This document shows, piece after piece, positions 61,880 through 64,000 of a DNA stretch of 64,000 nucleotides. Position 1 is the stretch's first letter; each line of letters starts with the position of its first letter. The notes beneath the pieces are model-generated. The model was not told where the DNA came from and searched no databases. It worked only from the letters and a program-made list of their open reading frames with translations. This stretch comes from Eledone cirrhosa. Lineage: Eukaryota. A program made the translations under genes and the position numbers. The stretch spans positions 52,390,001 to 52,454,000 of the forward strand of contig OZ024744.1 of NCBI GenBank assembly GCA_964016885.1. The letters are read 5' to 3'.

Positions 61880-62685
61880 AATAATGAATTAAAACATATC
61901 AAATGTGTTAGAATTTTGTGTTTCTCAATTAGCAAGCTCAATAGAAATAGCGCTATAAGGCTTCTTTTATGTTTCCACCTGTGTACATATTCTTCTATAG
62001 AATAAGTATTTGGTATATATACACTGTGTTTCTTATACGTTATATGGCTTTTTCTATATATATATATACATATATCTTTTTCATTTGGTTTATTATGGTT
62101 CAAGGTAATGTCTATTAAGCTTGTTTATTGACAAACACAAAATTCTAAACATAGTTAATACGTTTTGATTCATCATTTGTATTTAACGGCTCTAAATCTC
62201 TTAAGTTGTCGAGCTCGGTGGCTATAATCCCCGCTCCTATTTCTAGCGGAGTTAACGTCCACCTTGTTGATATCTATTTGCCTTGGCTTTAACGTGATTT
62301 CACCATGTGGTTCTCACCATGTGCTTCTCACCATGTGGTTCTCACCATGTGGTTCTCACCATGTTGTTTGCGTTAGACATCTCTATGGATATTGGCAAGT
62401 ATATTGTTTTATTTAGCATCTTTATTCTATATTTCCCTTAGGATGGTGAGATTAAACCTCTGAAGAGTACCTGAGTCTCATGTGGTTTAATCATAATCGA
62501 TAGGTTGTATTCGATGATCGATTATATTAATTGACTTTTTCGATAGATTGATCTTGAGCTCCACTCTCCGGGTATGAAATAGCGCTATAGGCTTTTTTTA
62601 GGATTCCACTTGTGTACATATTCTGTTTGTCTGATACGGCTCTTTCTCTCTCTATATGTACATATATCTTTTTGATTTGGTTTAT
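61875..62685 (+). mobile_element. PLE-like non-coding insert with terminal direct repeat, 14 bp tandem array and decayed HHR
   Basis: 61945-62092 is similar to 62577-62685. ggttctcaccatgt occurs ~4.6 times at 62300-62364. aacct-ctgaaga...aatcgata-ggtt lies at 62455-62506. (TA)n on both sides. Confidence 0.5.
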
Positions 62686-62723
62686 ATATATATATATATC
62701 TATATATATATATATATATATAT

Positions 62724-62749
62724 AATGGAGTGCTGCGTGGTTGCACATG

Positions 62750-62833
<84 letters not shown>

Positions 62834-63392
62834 CATGTGCAACCACGCAGCACTCCATTCTTCTCATATTTATATTTTTTCCTCAGTTGCGATTGTCTGT
62901 TTCTTTCTTACTGCTTCCCCCCTCTCTCTGTATCTCTCACCTTCTTTTACCCCCTCTGTCGGTCACACACTCTCTCGCCTGGCCTCTTCCTCGCACTTCC
63001 ACCCGTTCACTCTCTGCTTCTCCCCTCTCTCACTTCCTTCCGTTTGACATGTGTGAAATCCTTTTCTCGCTCACATCTCACCCATGTCAGATGGTCTGTA
63101 TATCTCTCGTCCATGAATTCACCAAGGTTAAGCTTAATAGATATCATGTACTTGTTTCTTTCTATCTTTCCGTTGCAATACCATCTTTGTTTGTTTACAT
63201 GTCTCGCTCGCTTCACGCTATATAACTTGTCCCAATAGCTTTATTTAGCTATTGCTCGCACCAACTAGAGGTATATGATTTTTAAAGTGATGAAATACCA
63301 ATGAAGGTTGGAAAATCACTGATGAAGGACTAATTTTATTCATATGTAACCCATGTGCAACCACGCATCACTCAATTCTTCTCATATATATA
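62724..63392 (+). mobile_element. 518 bp-period element with ~40 bp terminal direct repeat, inverted 29 bp copy across (TA)n, and HHR remnant
   Basis: acccatgtgcaaccacgca.cactc.attcttctcatat occurs at 62831 and 63349, with a reverse complement at 62724-62752. ctgatgaaggacta lies at 63319. Confidence 0.7.
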
Positions 63393-63404
63393 TATATACT
63401 ACAT

Positions 63405-64000
63405 ACAGCTCTCAGTACTGGACAATCCTTTCATCAGTGGTCAAGTAGAGATCTCGACGATTTCAGCCTCATCCTACAGTACCACTCATTCCGACAGTTC
63501 CAAGCAGCGTTAATGCTATCAGGGAATGTCCAAGTTTTATGGTTTACTCTGTACTATAATTTTTTCTATCACAGTACCAACCGGACCGTGATGCTGTTGT
63601 ATCCACTCCTATTATTGTCATCATGATGGTACCTTCTTGTTGATGGTTTACTAGTTGATCTCAGTGTTGGTCCTTTACTTAAATGCTTTTGCCTTAACCA
63701 TAATTAAGCCTTTTCCACCTTCCTCTCAAATTCTTCAATCACCTTTTTATTGCCCTTTCCCTGTTTAATGCCAGCCAGCTAGACACGGTGGATGTAGCCA
63801 CAATTCCACTTTATGTCACCTCAACAGGAAGCAATGTTCACTGCCATTCTCGATCATCATACGACTCCTTTAGTTATTCTCTTCCTATTTTATTAACTCT
63901 CTTTTCTGTGTCCACTCCACATAGCCTTCCCAAGGCACTAGCAACCCAATATTCAGAATATGTTGCATGTGTGTTGCATGTAATAACAATACGGCTTTGG
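63405..64000 (-). mobile_element. Decayed R4/Dong-like fragment
   Basis: Remnants GYVEWTQK..KIGR and WLRQKHL resemble GIxxWxxxELxxxDRKTRK and WLxxGDLK. Confidence 0.45.

Noticed and set aside
62300-62364. 14 bp repeats, and the 60620-60948 repeats, as a CRISPR array
   Set aside because: No unique spacers of regular length, no cas genes, and a eukaryotic context.

Overview
Repeat-saturated eukaryotic DNA with no supportable host gene. The AT-richness, very dense (TA)n/(CA)n/(AAT)n microsatellites and SINE types suggest an animal, probably a cephalopod such as Octopus (inference). Almost all coding-looking sequence belongs to decayed non-LTR retroelements. These are Tx1/L1-like LINEs (CCHC ORF1 + APE-RT), R4/Dong-like RT-REL elements, RTE and CR1-like LINEs, and at least five Penelope-like element (PLE) fragments. 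tRNA-type SINEs and one TA-flanked MITE are also present. The Tx1 and Dong elements both sit in (AAT)n tracts and form a stacked array at 48.6-59.8 kb. The unexpected layer is non-coding. About a dozen type I hammerhead ribozyme (HHR) motifs from several unrelated sequence families occur, mostly with short palindromic stem III, next to (TA)n tracts and inverted duplications. One family is a ~425-470 bp ORF-less HHR repeat found as circularly permuted, longer-than-unit copies with covarying stems, a candidate retrozyme/circRNA system. A candidate HDV-like ribozyme caps the RTE 5' end. All folds and alignments were done by eye; boundaries are approximate unless a TSD or microsatellite junction is cited.
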